DNA of 62,832 nt, filler included, from Hausera hauseri (taxonomy: Eukaryota), in the NCBI GenBank assembly GCA_046269625.1. It is 10 parts of 10 records of this genome, joined end to end, with 100 filler letters (N's around TTAATTAATTAA, not from the genome) between each part and the next. Parts side by side here need not be neighbours in the genome. Positions count along the whole stretch, not along the records: positions 1 to 8,218 come from JBJURY010724324.1; positions 8,319 to 13,443 come from JBJURY010327383.1; 8 more parts are not named here. One strand, given 5' to 3'. The position numbers were made by a program, and so were the translations under genes. This document shows, in pieces, positions 1-11,300 of the stretch (positions within the stretch are counted from its first letter, which is position 1; each line of letters starts with the position of its first letter). The notes under the pieces are model-generated. The model worked only from the letters and a program-made list of their open reading frames with translations, did no database searches and was not told the origin of the DNA.

Positions 1-252
1 AACTGACCGTGATAAGAAATCGGCTATTAAATTGTCTGTGCCAGAAATATGGCGAATTTTAAAGTTGAATGTTGACAAATATGATATATGGCGTTCTTGT
101 CGCAGTGACGGTTGTTTCATGTTCATTACGCAAACGAGAGGTTTGTGGTCCGTTTGGATAGTGAAGGAACCAGCGATAAGCAAATGTGAAAAATGTTTCA
201 GAGCTAAAACTGTAGCCAAGAGTTCTCTATCGAAGATAGAATAACGGCATTC

Positions 253-1053
253 TTATAGCTGCAGCTTGCGTGAAAAGAATTCTAACGGCTCATTTATCCC
301 TTGAGATATTTGATGAAGAACTGCTCCTACTGCTGTAGTTGATGCATCGTTTGTTAAAATTAGGTCAGCATCAGGTTTTGAATAAGCTAAAATCTCGACT
401 GTTTTGAGCTTGGCGCGGAGTTCATCAAACTGGTTAACAAGTTCTGGTGTCCAATATATGAGCTTTTTCTTCGGCCCTGCTCCTAGTTGAACGAAAGGAG
501 CAGTTAACTGGCTACAGTGTGGGACGTATTTATGGACAAAATGTAAAGTTCCAAAGAAACTACGCATATCAATAGTGGTTTTTGGTAGCTTGATGTTTTG
601 TAACTGATGGATTCTATCAGGCTGTGGACTGTGACCATCAGGTGTGATGACTTGGCCAAGAAAATTGACTTTTTTTTGAAAGGAACACTTAGAAAAGTTC
701 ACTTGCAAATTGTAGTTATGTAAACGTTGAAAAACTAGTCTGAGGTGTTCTTTGTGTTGTTTGGGCAATGCCCATGCGACTAGTATATCATCAGTGTACG
801 GATATACAAACAGCAAGCCTGAAAGAACTGAATCAATGTGCCGTTGGAAAGTTTGTACTGCGTTTTTTAAGCCGAACGGCATGAATGCGTATTCTAAAAG
901 ACCAAAAGACGTTATAATGGGCGTTTTTGGGATGTATTCTGGTGCTACCGGTATTTGGTGGTAGGCTTTTTTGAGATCTATGGTAAAATAAATCGTAGTT
1001 TTGTGTAAAGAATGCAATATATCCTTAATCAAAGGTAGGAGACAAGCGTCCAT
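253..1053 (-). pseudogene. pol: Ty3/gypsy reverse transcriptase plus RNase H N-terminus (pol fragment)
   Basis: DLKKAYHQIP, MPFGLKNAVQTFQR, YTDDIL (YxDD), KCSF, FLG, DAS..AVGAVL; frame breaks at both ends. Confidence 0.93.
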
Positions 1054-1992
1054 GGTAGTGACGTTATTTAGTTGGCGATAACCGCCGCATGGACGGAATG
1101 TTCCATCTTTTTTCTCTCTGACGACGTGAATTGGTGATGCCCATGGTGATTTTGATCGTCTTATTATTCCAGATTTCTCGAGTGCGGAGAATTCCGCTTG
1201 GACTGCCTGTCGACGGCGTGGTGAAAGTGAGCGGAGTTTTTGCCAAACGGGCCTGGGATTTTCTGTGATGATATGGTGAAACGTTGTGTTAGCCGATCAA
1301 AATGCTGGATCTTTCTTAATTGTATGGAAATAAGATTTGACTAAATATTGTTGCATTTCATAGCTAAGCGTAGTACAGGTTGTTGTCGTCACGGCAGTGG
1401 CTTGGGAGGACTTAGTATGAAAAATGGTAGAAATCGGGCCGCTTAAATCGTACTTCAACAGAAATTTGGGACTATTTATATTAGTCTTAATAAGGCTTTT
1501 ATTCACATTGGTTGATGGATTTTTTAATATTGATTTTATAGTCGAGATAGGTTGCATGATTGGTTGGTTATTTGTAGAGGTCGGTTTTGTTGAACTGCTT
1601 TTAATGATCTGACGTTGTCTACAATATACAAGGAGGTTGTAGAAAGATAAGAAATCAGATCCAAGTATTAAATATTGTGTGTTGTCAACGACGAATGTCC
1701 AATTGAAAATGTCGGAGAGTTGTGGTAAAGTGAATGAAACCTGGGATGTACCGAAAATGCGTAATGCTTGGCCGTTAGCTGTATACTATTTTGTGTTAGA
1801 AGGAGATAGATAGTGTTTTGATGGATGGTGGTAATAGCGAAACATCTGCACCAGAGTCAATTACGAAGTTGATTAATTGATTGGGTTCAAAAGTAAAAGA
1901 TGCTTTTAATGTAAAAACGGCATAAGAACGGCTATCATGATGAAAACGTTTGCCTGTGCTAGCATGTGCCAAAATATCTGGCGGCTTTATGA

Positions 1993-1999
1993 GTTTTTT
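1993..1999 (-). promoter_or_regulatory. Putative -1 ribosomal frameshift heptamer A AAA AAC at the gag/pol junction (second copy at 31113-31119)
   Basis: Both family A copies end gag with AAAAAAC just before TAA, followed by a conserved GCCGCCAGA..TT(T/C)GGCA stem-forming segment. Confidence 0.7.
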
Positions 2000-3284
2000 G
2001 GTGGTACGGGATTTAAGTCGTTGGGAAAGGTAGGTCGTGGTGAATTCGATTGGTTAACGAAAGTGCAACTTGTAACGTAGTTGTGCTTCAGAATTGAATT
2101 TGTTATGGTAAACGCAGATAATGTCGGGTCGTTTGAAATGGGGCGAATAAAATCTGCAGTCTAAGCAGCATTTAGTGGAGTTGTCTTTAAATTTGGTGTG
2201 GTAGTAACACACCATTGATCATGTAGGTGACCTTTCATGCCTTGAATTTTTAGATGAAGTGCGGCTATGATTCTTATCAAAACGATTCCGTCTAGGCATG
2301 GACAAAGCTTCAATTTTTGACGTGAGCTCAGAAATTGCTTGGTGAATGTTGGCGTTTTCAGAACGTAAAGAATTTATCTGTGCGTTGAGATTAGATATGT
2401 CGTTGGCTTGTTGAGTTATTGGTGCTTGTAGAGTAGCGGCTACTAATGGGGCTATATGTGCATGTAATATTTCGTGGCTTTTGTCAGCCAGTTGTGCTAG
2501 TTTTTGTAGTAACGATGTGTCCTCTACTATGGTCAACAGTGCACGTATATCTATACGTAAAAATTGCGGAAATATCTGTGTAGTAAATCCGCGTTGTTTG
2601 CTTGATTAACGCCAAGAGTACTCAATTGAGTTAGGGAGGTTTAAAGAAATTCTGAGGGTTTCAATGTGCTTATGGTATTGTCATTAAAGTATTTGTGGAT
2701 AATGTTAGCCAGTGATTGTTCCGTGATTTTTATAGTCGAGTTAAAAGTGTTGTGTATGAGTCACTATTTTGGAAAATTTCCGATAAATTGGGCAGCTGAG
2801 AAATGCAAGAGTATAAGCAAACTGTTTGCTTTAAGAAACGAATCGACAATATTATTTGACTTCAACCAAGCCGCATGAAAGTCCAACCACGTCCTGCTGG
2901 AGTGTTGCTTGTCGACCAAGTATTCTATACAAGGTAGATTTACAGTAGACTACGGGGTAGAGGTGAATTTAACGGTACACTTATAGTAGGGATGTCGGCA
3001 AAATCTTGTTGGTCCTTAGAGGATGCTTTTGGAACAGATCCACATAAGAGACGGTAGTGTACACTCAGTATAAACGTTGAAGATAAGTGGGTGTAACCTC
3101 TTAGTGTCGGATTGTCGGAAAAAATCCATTATAACTAAGGCGAAAGTTAACGAGGGTTATTTGTCGCCGTAATATGTCCTACAGTTTTGCAATTGTTGTT
3201 GATTTGTGTATGTAGGTTTATGTATGCTTATTTTCGAATAATAAGACCAGCGGAACGAAAGTGTCACATAAGTTGGGTGTACAA

Positions 3285-3430
3285 TGTGGTGCATAAGACA
3301 CGGGCGCATTGTATTGACTGATCCTTCTAACCGGGAAGATCAGGGCAGCTGTAGAGCAGTGTTACTTTGAACAGTGTCGGCAACACCGACTGGTGTGTTT
3401 GCATGTGGAACAAATCCGGTCCGAGGTACA
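3285..3430 (-). repeat. Candidate short 5' LTR of family A copy 1
   Basis: 146 bp; minus strand runs TGTACC...GCACCACA, and the end is the inverse of the TGTGGTGC LTR start at 27362; no clean PBS follows. Confidence 0.3.
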
Positions 3431-3445
3431 TTTCAAATAATCTGA

Positions 3446-4179
3446 TCAAAACGGCAGTTCTTGATTTTGGGTAATTGATGCCTGGGCAGCTTCGGTTTCT
3501 TCATGTCGACTGGAAATGTTGTATAGTGCACAAATACACGGTTCCAGAATGTCGCCTGGATAGTAATTATTTGAAATTTTATTTGCTGTATTCGAGTTGA
3601 TTAAATCTAGATTCCATTCAATTGTTTTCAAGTGTCTCAACTCCTCCTAACGCAAACAAAGTATTTTTTTATACTGATTGTTACAATTTAGATTCGAAAG
3701 AATTCCAGCAGCACATGTAACAACATTGGTATCGATGTGATAATCTTGTTTATGAACCTGATTCGATGCATTTAATAAAACTTCGATTAAAATTTTCAGT
3801 ACATTATCGAAATTAAACCGAGTAGCTGTATCGGTCAATTTTCTTAATGTCCATAAACAATTATGCAAAAATCGATGGCTGAATTGTGGAGATAAATTGG
3901 AATTTTCATTTGAATTTTGTGGATATGCCGGAACAGTAATCCTTTTCTTAATTGTATAATACAAAATATTGGTCAGCGCATCCATTCCACCTTCACGAAT
4001 GATAACCGGTTTATTAACAAAATAAACGCTAAGAACTTTCAAAACTCGTATTTCTGTCCAGTAATTTTTCATAATCATACGCCATTGTTGCTTCATTAAT
4101 AACTACTGCGTCATCTTCATCTTTGATGAGTTTTACCAAATCTGGAATTGCGCTTTTTACTTCAACTTTGTCGATATAT
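3446..4179 (-). pseudogene. Beta-catenin/armadillo fragment: intronless, frameshifted, internally deleted
   Basis: SAIPDLVKLIKDED..VV (ARM1), YEKLL/RVLKVLSV..NKP.I..GGM.AL, NCLWTLR.L.D.AT, NVVTCAAGILSNL.CNN, DILEPCICAL..ISSRH.E.E.AQ, all matching beta-catenin ARM repeats. Confidence 0.9.
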
Positions 4180-4198
4180 AATCCCACTTCTGACACCA
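4180..4198 (-). promoter_or_regulatory. tRNA-Leu primer binding site (TGGTGTCAGAAGTGGGATT)
   Basis: Plus strand AATCCCACTTCTGACACCA equals the 3' 19 nt (including CCA) of the usual metazoan tRNA-Leu(CAA); preceded on minus by a TGTTAC...GTAAAACA segment (4203-4280). Confidence 0.85.
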
Positions 4199-4741
4199 TT
4201 GATGTTTTACTGACATTGGGAATAAATCCGCGTACGATAAATTCCATAATTGAAAGAAAAAGGAATGAATGCGCGTAACAAAACTTTATTGACTAATTCA
4301 AATGTTAATCGATTTTTCTATTAATTAGTAAAACAATAAAAATCTTCCGACGTCATTTACACGTCAACCCTCAGCAAAATAAATTAACAATAAAAAACGT
4401 CGCACGATTGAAAAAATCCTATGACTACAAATTTTGAACAACAAAAATATTTCGCAGCAAATATCACCAAAGTGCAGAAATTACACAACAGAACAAATAC
4501 GCTAAAAATCGTCAAAAATGTGAATAAACGCCGTGAAAACCATATCTTTGATAAATCAACCGTATTTCAATATAGAATCTTCGTCAATCATCAAATTAAA
4601 TTCTGTAATGATAATAATGATAAAAAGAAGAAAAGAATTGAAAGGTATGGTCCGAACGATCTCAAAGATAAACTGTACAAAATATACCCGTCAAAAATCA
4701 CAGCCGTTGTAAACTATAACATTGAAGATTTAACTTTTCTT

Positions 4742-5060
4742 TTATGAAAGAGAGCTGGAGAGAGCATCGACAGCATCAAAAAATTCCTCCTCGCCAATAG
4801 TACAATCTGGTCCTTCATCCAAATCCGGATTTCCAATAATTAACATTTTACTTGACAAATTCGATCCCAGTTTAGGTATGATAATAGGCACGTTTGAAGT
4901 TGAATTAGGTGTAGCACTGTTATCCTTCGTTTCAGCAAGTTTATTCTGCAATGACGATACTTCTTGAAGAACACATCGATATTTTTCCTCGATTTTGCGA
5001 CGTCTTTCTATTTCCCTATCCAGACGCCTCCAAGCATCTTCGCCTTGTTGATAGGATTTG
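4742..5060 (-). pseudogene. Ceramide transfer protein (CERT/COL4A3BP) middle-region fragment with FFAT motif
   Basis: EDAW-RRLDREIERRRKIEEKY coiled coil, then [22 protein letters not shown] (cf. CERT [22 protein letters not shown]); no PH or START domain. Confidence 0.8.
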
Positions 5061-5845
5061 TCGGTGAAAAAGAATAGCTGTATACGGGCCAGGCGTAACT
5101 GATTGTGGAGTACGAGCGATTGCGAATGAAGACGAACATCATCTCTGAGTCGATTATTTCATCATGTTTGGCAGAAATGGACGGCTGGTAAAATTATCCA
5201 GATATGGAATTTCTTAAATTCTATCCAGAATCTGCTACTGTTGAAGTTTTGGGGACCTTCACTTCTCTATTTAATCGTAGAGCTGATTTTCTAATATGAG
5301 GTGAATTGTGGTGGCGCTCGAGTCCGCGGCACCACGGGTACCACTTTGGTATGGGTTGCCGCAATAAATCTATTTCTTTTCCTGTTAACGGGTCAATCAT
5401 AAATGATAGTTTGAATTTAACCAAATCGGTTCGTCCGATATCTGTTTCGTCTTTGGCAAAAATGTCAAGATACTCAAAGATAAGATCAGAGAAGTTTTTA
5501 GATATTCATGTGATAGGTTTTTCTTGGCTTTTGCGAGAGTAATATTAAGTACATCGTCATTTTCCTTTCCTTGGCTTGAGGTGGCTGAGATTTTACTATT
5601 TTATTCTTCATGACAAGAAGTTTCAAGGGCCCGTCCAAGTTTCATCTTTGTAAATAATGTGACAATTTTGGGGTCGGTTTTAAAATTTCTATGGGTATAG
5701 TTCCTCCGACTACGTTAACGCAATAATGTGGCAGCAAGTCCGTTCTGAAGGGTTTTTGTTACGAACTCGATTACACTATTATCTTGAAATATCGTTCTAG
5801 CATGTATGACTATCCTAGAATTTGGTGGTATTTTCTTAGCATGTC

Positions 5846-6295
5846 CTACCCATATGTCTCCTTTATTGTAGGTAAGAGGAATATTTTCGTTATTAAGACA
5901 AATTGATCCAGATTGTAAATTTTATGTACACCCTGTAATTTCCGTAAGACATTCATCCGTAGGATGCATCGTGGATCTAATGTGGTCATTACATCGAAAG
6001 TTATTTTGATTCTTCGTCCGCAAATCCATAATTCGCATTTCGAATATCCGTAAGGTTTGTTACATTGTTGGAAGACTGAAATGGTACCAAGCGAATCTTT
6101 GGTGGCTAATTTTATTCGATATTGTAAATTTTCCGGAATTGCCTGTTTCGCTATTAATTCAACGTTTGCTGCCGTATCTACCATTGTGTTAAGATCAAAA
6201 GTACCGAAATGAACTGTATTGTGAGGTCGGTTATATCTTAGTAATTTGAGAAATGTTAGGACATCGTTATGATCATCTATGTGAGGTTCCATCAA
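5846..6295 (-). pseudogene. Retropepsin-like aspartic protease of family B
   Basis: TMVDTAANVELI (D-T-G-A-like active site) and PRCILRMNVL (degenerate ILG.D.L). Confidence 0.8.
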
Positions 6296-6755
6296 AGAAT
6301 AACTGGCTGAACAGTATCTAGTTGTTCCGTTAGTTAATATAACCGTTAGATTTTGCAGTGATTATGTATCATTTTCTGACCCTTTCGGTTTTTCCATATT
6401 TCGTGTAATGATAGACTGACGTATTTCTTCCTGAGAGTATGTTGGTAAGCTACGTAATTTTACTTAATCTTCTCTCTTCGCGTATGGATCCATTAAATCA
6501 GTTGGATTAGGGAATTTACAAATATGCATTTTTTTACTCTCATATAGTGAAGCAGGTAATTGGTACTTTTCCTGTCTCTTTGGTATTCATAAACTTGAAT
6601 TTCCTTCTCTTGTCCATAGGGATCCCGGTAGTATGGTAGTGTCCAGGAGCGGTATTGTCGTCCGAGCTTGATGAAGTATCCTTTGGGAATTGTTTCTCTG
6701 ACTTATAGTCAACATGTTTTTCTAATTTACCTCGCCATTATTTTTCCTGGTAGGC

Positions 6756-8218
6756 TTAAATTAATTTGCCAATTGGGGAAAATAAAGCGCCTACTATGTT
6801 CAACGATAATCCTGTTAGTTTGTAGATCTCGTAGACATTCAGTACAGAGTTGATACAAACCTTTAAAGTTTGTATAATGAACTGTATTACCAGAAACCCT
6901 GAGGCTACTTGGCCAAATCTTAAAAATCCTCCTGACATTTTATACCATAAGTTTGAGACAATTTTGCTATAGGCATCTGGCGTCCATAATCAATCCCATT
7001 TTTCTTCTCCTGCTGTGTCATCAATTACTCGATGTATTCCTTTATTTACTATTTGTTCACTCTGTCTCGGATATGCCAAAAACCTCACAAATGAATCAAT
7101 CTCTTTCTTACTACATAATGCTGACTTGGATACGTTGGTCAATATATTGGTTTCGATTGCGTGTTTCAGATTTGTCGTGGTTAATTTCTTTCGTTTTTCT
7201 TTGACTCTATCGCGATCCCGTAATCTAACCCAAAGATCTTGATTATCATACTTGATAAATGGTTTATTTAGTGATGAACAATTTTGGATTTCAGTAGGTA
7301 TTGTGTGCGATGCCAAAAGTATTCTAGTAAGTGGCTGGACGTATCGAATTTTTTCGTTATATTTTACGGGTATCTCAGAGTAACATGGAGTGCCCGTAAT
7401 TAAGGGTGGTTCTAAACGTTTACATTTGTATAATCATAGAACTTCTCCTAGGACTCGGCCTTATATCTCTTCACCAAAGGGAAGGGTTATTGTAATCATT
7501 TCTGGGTTAGATGCATAGATGTCAAACGGTTTCTTAAAGTTTCGAAGTTAACTTTACAAAAGTTTTAAACTGTTTCAGAATATATTTCTTCAATTGTTTT
7601 ATTGGTCAGATAGAACATAAAATCGTCTTTGTTCGCAATATAATCAGCAATATTTACTAACTGAGCCTTATTAGTAGGTGAATTTTCAGCACCTTTAATT
7701 TCCTTTTGCAATAAAAATTATTTGTCGTAATTCGTACTAAATACTTGTTTTCCACACTTTGTAATCGCATCTTGTTGTATAAATTTGACTCCTCCTTTAA
7801 TGTCCTTGGATATCACAATTTTAGGAGTTTTTACTTCAGGAATAACTTGGATATTAGTATGTTCAAAATTGGTCTCATAGTGCCGTGCGTAAAGTTTTCC
7901 CGTAGTTACGTTAAATTCTCCTTTTCTTATTTGTACTAATGTACAATCATAATTTGTTGGTGGTTTCCAAAGTATTGCGGATGTTTGCAGATTGTAGAAG
8001 GATGCGTCCATCATTGTATTTGTACTAGTCTCAAAAATATAAGTATTGTTTTTAATTTCAACTTCGGATTGGTCGTGTACCACAATATTTGCTTCGACAC
8101 CTTTACAGGTATCAAAATTTCATCCTATACAATTATCTTTTTCATCTTTATAACCAGCGATCCATTTTTCTTGCTGGGTTATTTGTCCTTTTATTGTAGT
8201 AAATAAAATATCTCCCCA
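6756..8218 (-). pseudogene. env: Chuvirus-like (class III, gB-type) envelope glycoprotein, C-terminal half with membrane anchor
   Basis: Manual translation through stops: KCGKQVFSTNY, GEVL*LYKCK..PCYSEIPVKYN..YVQPLTRILL..C, SKSALCSKKEIDSFVRFLAYPR, then hydrophobic FLRFGQVASGFLVIQFIIQTLKVCINSVLNVYEIYKLTGLSLNIVGALF; same motif series as recalled chuvirus G proteins. Confidence 0.8.
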
Positions 8219-8318
8219 NNNNNNNNNNNNNNNNNNNNNNNNNNNNNNNNNNNNNNNNNNNNTTAATTAATTAANNNNNNNNNNNNNNNNNNNNNNNNNN
8301 NNNNNNNNNNNNNNNNNN
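8219..8318. other. Artificial contig spacer (44 N + TTAATTAATTAA + 44 N); same spacer at 13444-13543, 17911-18010, 26482-26581, 37550-37649, 42982-43081, 47595-47694, 52059-52158, 58066-58165
   Basis: Nine identical 100-nt blocks whose core gives stops in all six frames; composition changes abruptly across them. The gap at 11488-11587 is a plain 100-N gap with no core. Confidence 0.98.
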
Positions 8319-11300
8319 TTTTCATGGTGTAATCTTTCATGGTGTTGCCTTCCTTGTCGTGGTCTTCCATGGTGTGGTCTTCCTTGTCGTGGTCTTTCAT
8401 GGTGTGGTCTATTATGGTGTGATCTTCCATGGTGTGGTCTTTCATGTTGTGTTATTTCATCGTGTGGTCTTTCATGGTGTGGTCTTCCATGTTTTGGTCT
8501 TATATGGTGTGGTCTTTCATTATGTTGTCTTTTATGGTGTGGTCTCCCATGGTATGGTCTTTCATGGTGTGGTCTTCCATGGTATAATCTTACATATTAT
8601 GGTCTTCCATGGTGTGGTCTATCATGGTGAGGTCTTCCATGGTTTGGTCTTCCATGGTGTGGGCTTTCTTGTCGTGTTCTTCCATGGTGTGATCTTCTAT
8701 GGTGTGGTCTATCATGGTGTTGTCTTTCATGGCATGGTCTTCCATGGTATCGTCTTCCTTGTCGTAGTCTTCCATGGTGTGGTCTTCCATGATGTGGCTT
8801 TCAATGTCGTGGTCTTATGGTGTGGTCTTCCATTGTTTGGTATTACATGGTGTGGGCTTTCATGTCGTGGTTTTCCGTGGTGTGGTATTTCATTGTGTGG
8901 TCTTTCATTGTGTGGTCTTCCGTGGTGTGGTCTTCCATAGTGTATTCTATCATGGTGTGGAATTTCATGGTATGTTCTTCCATGGTATAGTCTTCCTTGT
9001 CGTGGTCTTCCATGGTGTGGTCTTCCATGGTGTGGCCTTCGAATTATGGTTCTTCATCATGTGAACTTTCATGGTGCAATCTTTGATTATGTGGTTTTAC
9101 ATGGTGTGATGTTCCATGGTGTGGTCTTTCATGTTGTGTTCTTTCATGGTGTGGTCTTCCATGGTGTGGTCTTCCGTGGTGTAATCTTTCATGGTGTTGT
9201 CTTCCTTGTCGTGGTCTTCCATGGTGTGGTTTTCCTTGTCGTGGTCTTTCAAGGTGTGGTCTTCCATGGTGTGGTTTTCCATGCCGTGGTCTTCCATGGT
9301 ATTGTCTTTCATGGTGTGGTCTTTCATGGTATGGTCTTACATGTTATGGTCTTCCTTGTCGTCGTGTTCCATGGTGTGGCCTTCCATGCCGTGGTCTTTC
9401 ATGGTATGGTCTTTCATGGTGTGGTATTTTATAGTATGGTCTTACATGGTATGGTCTTGCTTCTCGTGGTCGTCCATCGTGTGGACTTTCATGGTGTAGT
9501 CTTTCATTGTGTGGTCTTCCATGGTGTGGTCTATCATGGTGTGGTATTTCATGGTGTGGTCTTCCATGGTATGGTCTTCCTTGTCGTGGTCTTCCATGGT
9601 GTGGCCTTCCATGGTGTGGCCTTCCATGTCATGGTTTTACATGATGTAATATTTCATGGTTTGGTCTTTCATTGTGTGGTTTTACATGGTGTGGTTTTTC
9701 ATGGTGTAATCTTTCATGGTGTTGCCTTCCTTGTCGTGGTCTTCCATGGTGTGGTCTTCCTTGTCGTGGTCTATCATGGTGTTGTCTGCCATGGTGTGGT
9801 CTTCCATGGTGTGGTTTTCATGTTGTGTTCTTTCATGGTGTGGTCTTCCATGGTGTGGTCTTCCATCGTGTAATCTTTCATGGTGTTGCCTTTCTTGTCG
9901 TGTTCTTCCATGGTGCGGTCTTCCTTGTCGTGGTCTTTCATGGTGTGGTCTATCATGGTGTGATCTTCCATGGTGTGGTCTTTCATGTTGTGTTATTTCA
10001 TGGTGTGGTCTTCCAAGGTGTGGTCTTCCTTGAAGTGGTCGTTCATGGTGTTGTCTTCCATGGTGTGGTCTTTTATGCCGTGGTCTTCCGTGGTATGGTC
10101 TTTCATGGTGTGAACTTTCATGGTATGATCTTACATGGTATGGTCTTTTTTGTCGTGGTGTTCCATGATGTGGTCTTTCATGGTGTAATCTTTCATGGTA
10201 TGGTTTTACATGGTATGGTCTTCCTTGGTGTGGTCTTCCAAGGTGTGGTCTTCCATGGTGTAATCTTTCATAATGTTGCCTTCCTTGTCGTGGTCTTCCA
10301 TGGTGTGGTCTTTCATTGTATGGTCTTCCTTAGTGTCGTCTTTCATGGTGTCGTTTTCCTTGGTGGGGTCTTTTATGGTATGGTATAGCATGGTGTGGTC
10401 TTTCTTGTCGTTGTCTTACATGGTGTGGCCTTCCATGGTGTGGTCTTTCATTGTGTGGTATTCCATGGTGTGGCCTTCCATGGTGTGGTCTTCCATGGTG
10501 TGGGATTCCATGTTGTGGTCTTCCATGGTGTGGCCTTTCATGTTGTTTTCTTTCATAGTGTGGTCTTCCTTGTCGTGGTCTTCCATGGTGTGGTCTTCCT
10601 TGTCGTGGTTTTTCAAGGTGTGGTTTTCCATGGTGTGGTTTTCCATGCCGTGGTCTTCCAAGGTATGGTCTTTCATGGTGTGGTCTTTCATGGTGTTGTC
10701 TTACATGTTATGGTCTTCCTTGTCGTCGTGTTCCATGGTGTGGTCTTCCATGCCGTGGTCTTTCATGGTATGGTCTTCATGGTGTGGTATTTTATAGTAT
10801 GGTCTTACATGGTATGGTCTTCCTTGTGAGGGTCTTCCATAGTGTGGCCTTCCATGGTGTGGCCTTCTATGTCATGGTCTTACATGATGTAATATTTCAT
10901 GGATTGGTCTTTCATTGTGTGGTTTTACATCGTATGGTCTTCCATGGTGTGGTTTTCGTGCTGTGGTCTCTCATGGAGTGGATTACCATGGTGTGGTCTT
11001 TTATGGTATGGTATTCCATGGTGTGGTATTCCTTCTCGATGTCTTCCATGGTATGGTCTTCGATGTCGTGGTGTTCCATGGTGTGACCTTCCATGTCGTG
11101 GTCTTACATGGTGTGTTTTTTCATGGTGTGGTCTTTCCTGATGTGGTCTTTCATGTTGTGGTCTTCCTTGTCGTTGTTTTCCATGGTATGGTTTTCCATG
11201 TCGTGTTGTTCCATGGTGTGGGTTTCCATGTCGTGGTCTTACATGGTGTGGTCTGTCATGGCGTGGTCTGTCATAGCGTGGTCTTCAGTCGTCTGAACTG

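Larger units (their letters stand above)
1..3430 (-). mobile_element. Degenerate Ty3/gypsy LTR retrotransposon, CsRn1-like (family A, copy 1), truncated in RNase H at the window start
   Basis: gag (~1990-2950) with CYYH..F...KC..C (CHCC-type) motifs, protease FVIDSGADVSL (~1830-1870), RT (IDLKKAYHQIP, MPFGLKNA, YTDD) and RNase H (NDASTTAVGAVL, FFSRKL); multiple stops and frameshifts. Confidence 0.93.
5340..8218 (-). mobile_element. Env-bearing Ty3/gypsy element (family B, copy 1): env C-half - TM - protease - start of RT
   Basis: On the minus strand in order: glycoprotein (8218-6756), near-open linker, retropepsin (6295-5846), gypsy-type post-protease linker (~5640-5760), pre-RT motif LIFEYLDIFAKDETDIGRTDLVKFKL (~5410-5490). 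Confidence 0.85.

Noticed and set aside
3413-3430. TGTACCTCGGACCGGATT as a PBS
   Set aside because: Lacks the TGG start and a matching tRNA; better read as a possible LTR start.
6756-8218. Env as a stand-alone chuvirus endogenous viral element
   Set aside because: No viral N or L sequence nearby; it is contiguous with the retroelement protease here and with gag-linked sequence in the other copies.
8263-8274. Recurring TTAATTAATTAA palindrome
   Set aside because: Artificial six-frame-stop spacer flanked by Ns; ORFs containing X runs across spacers are artefacts.
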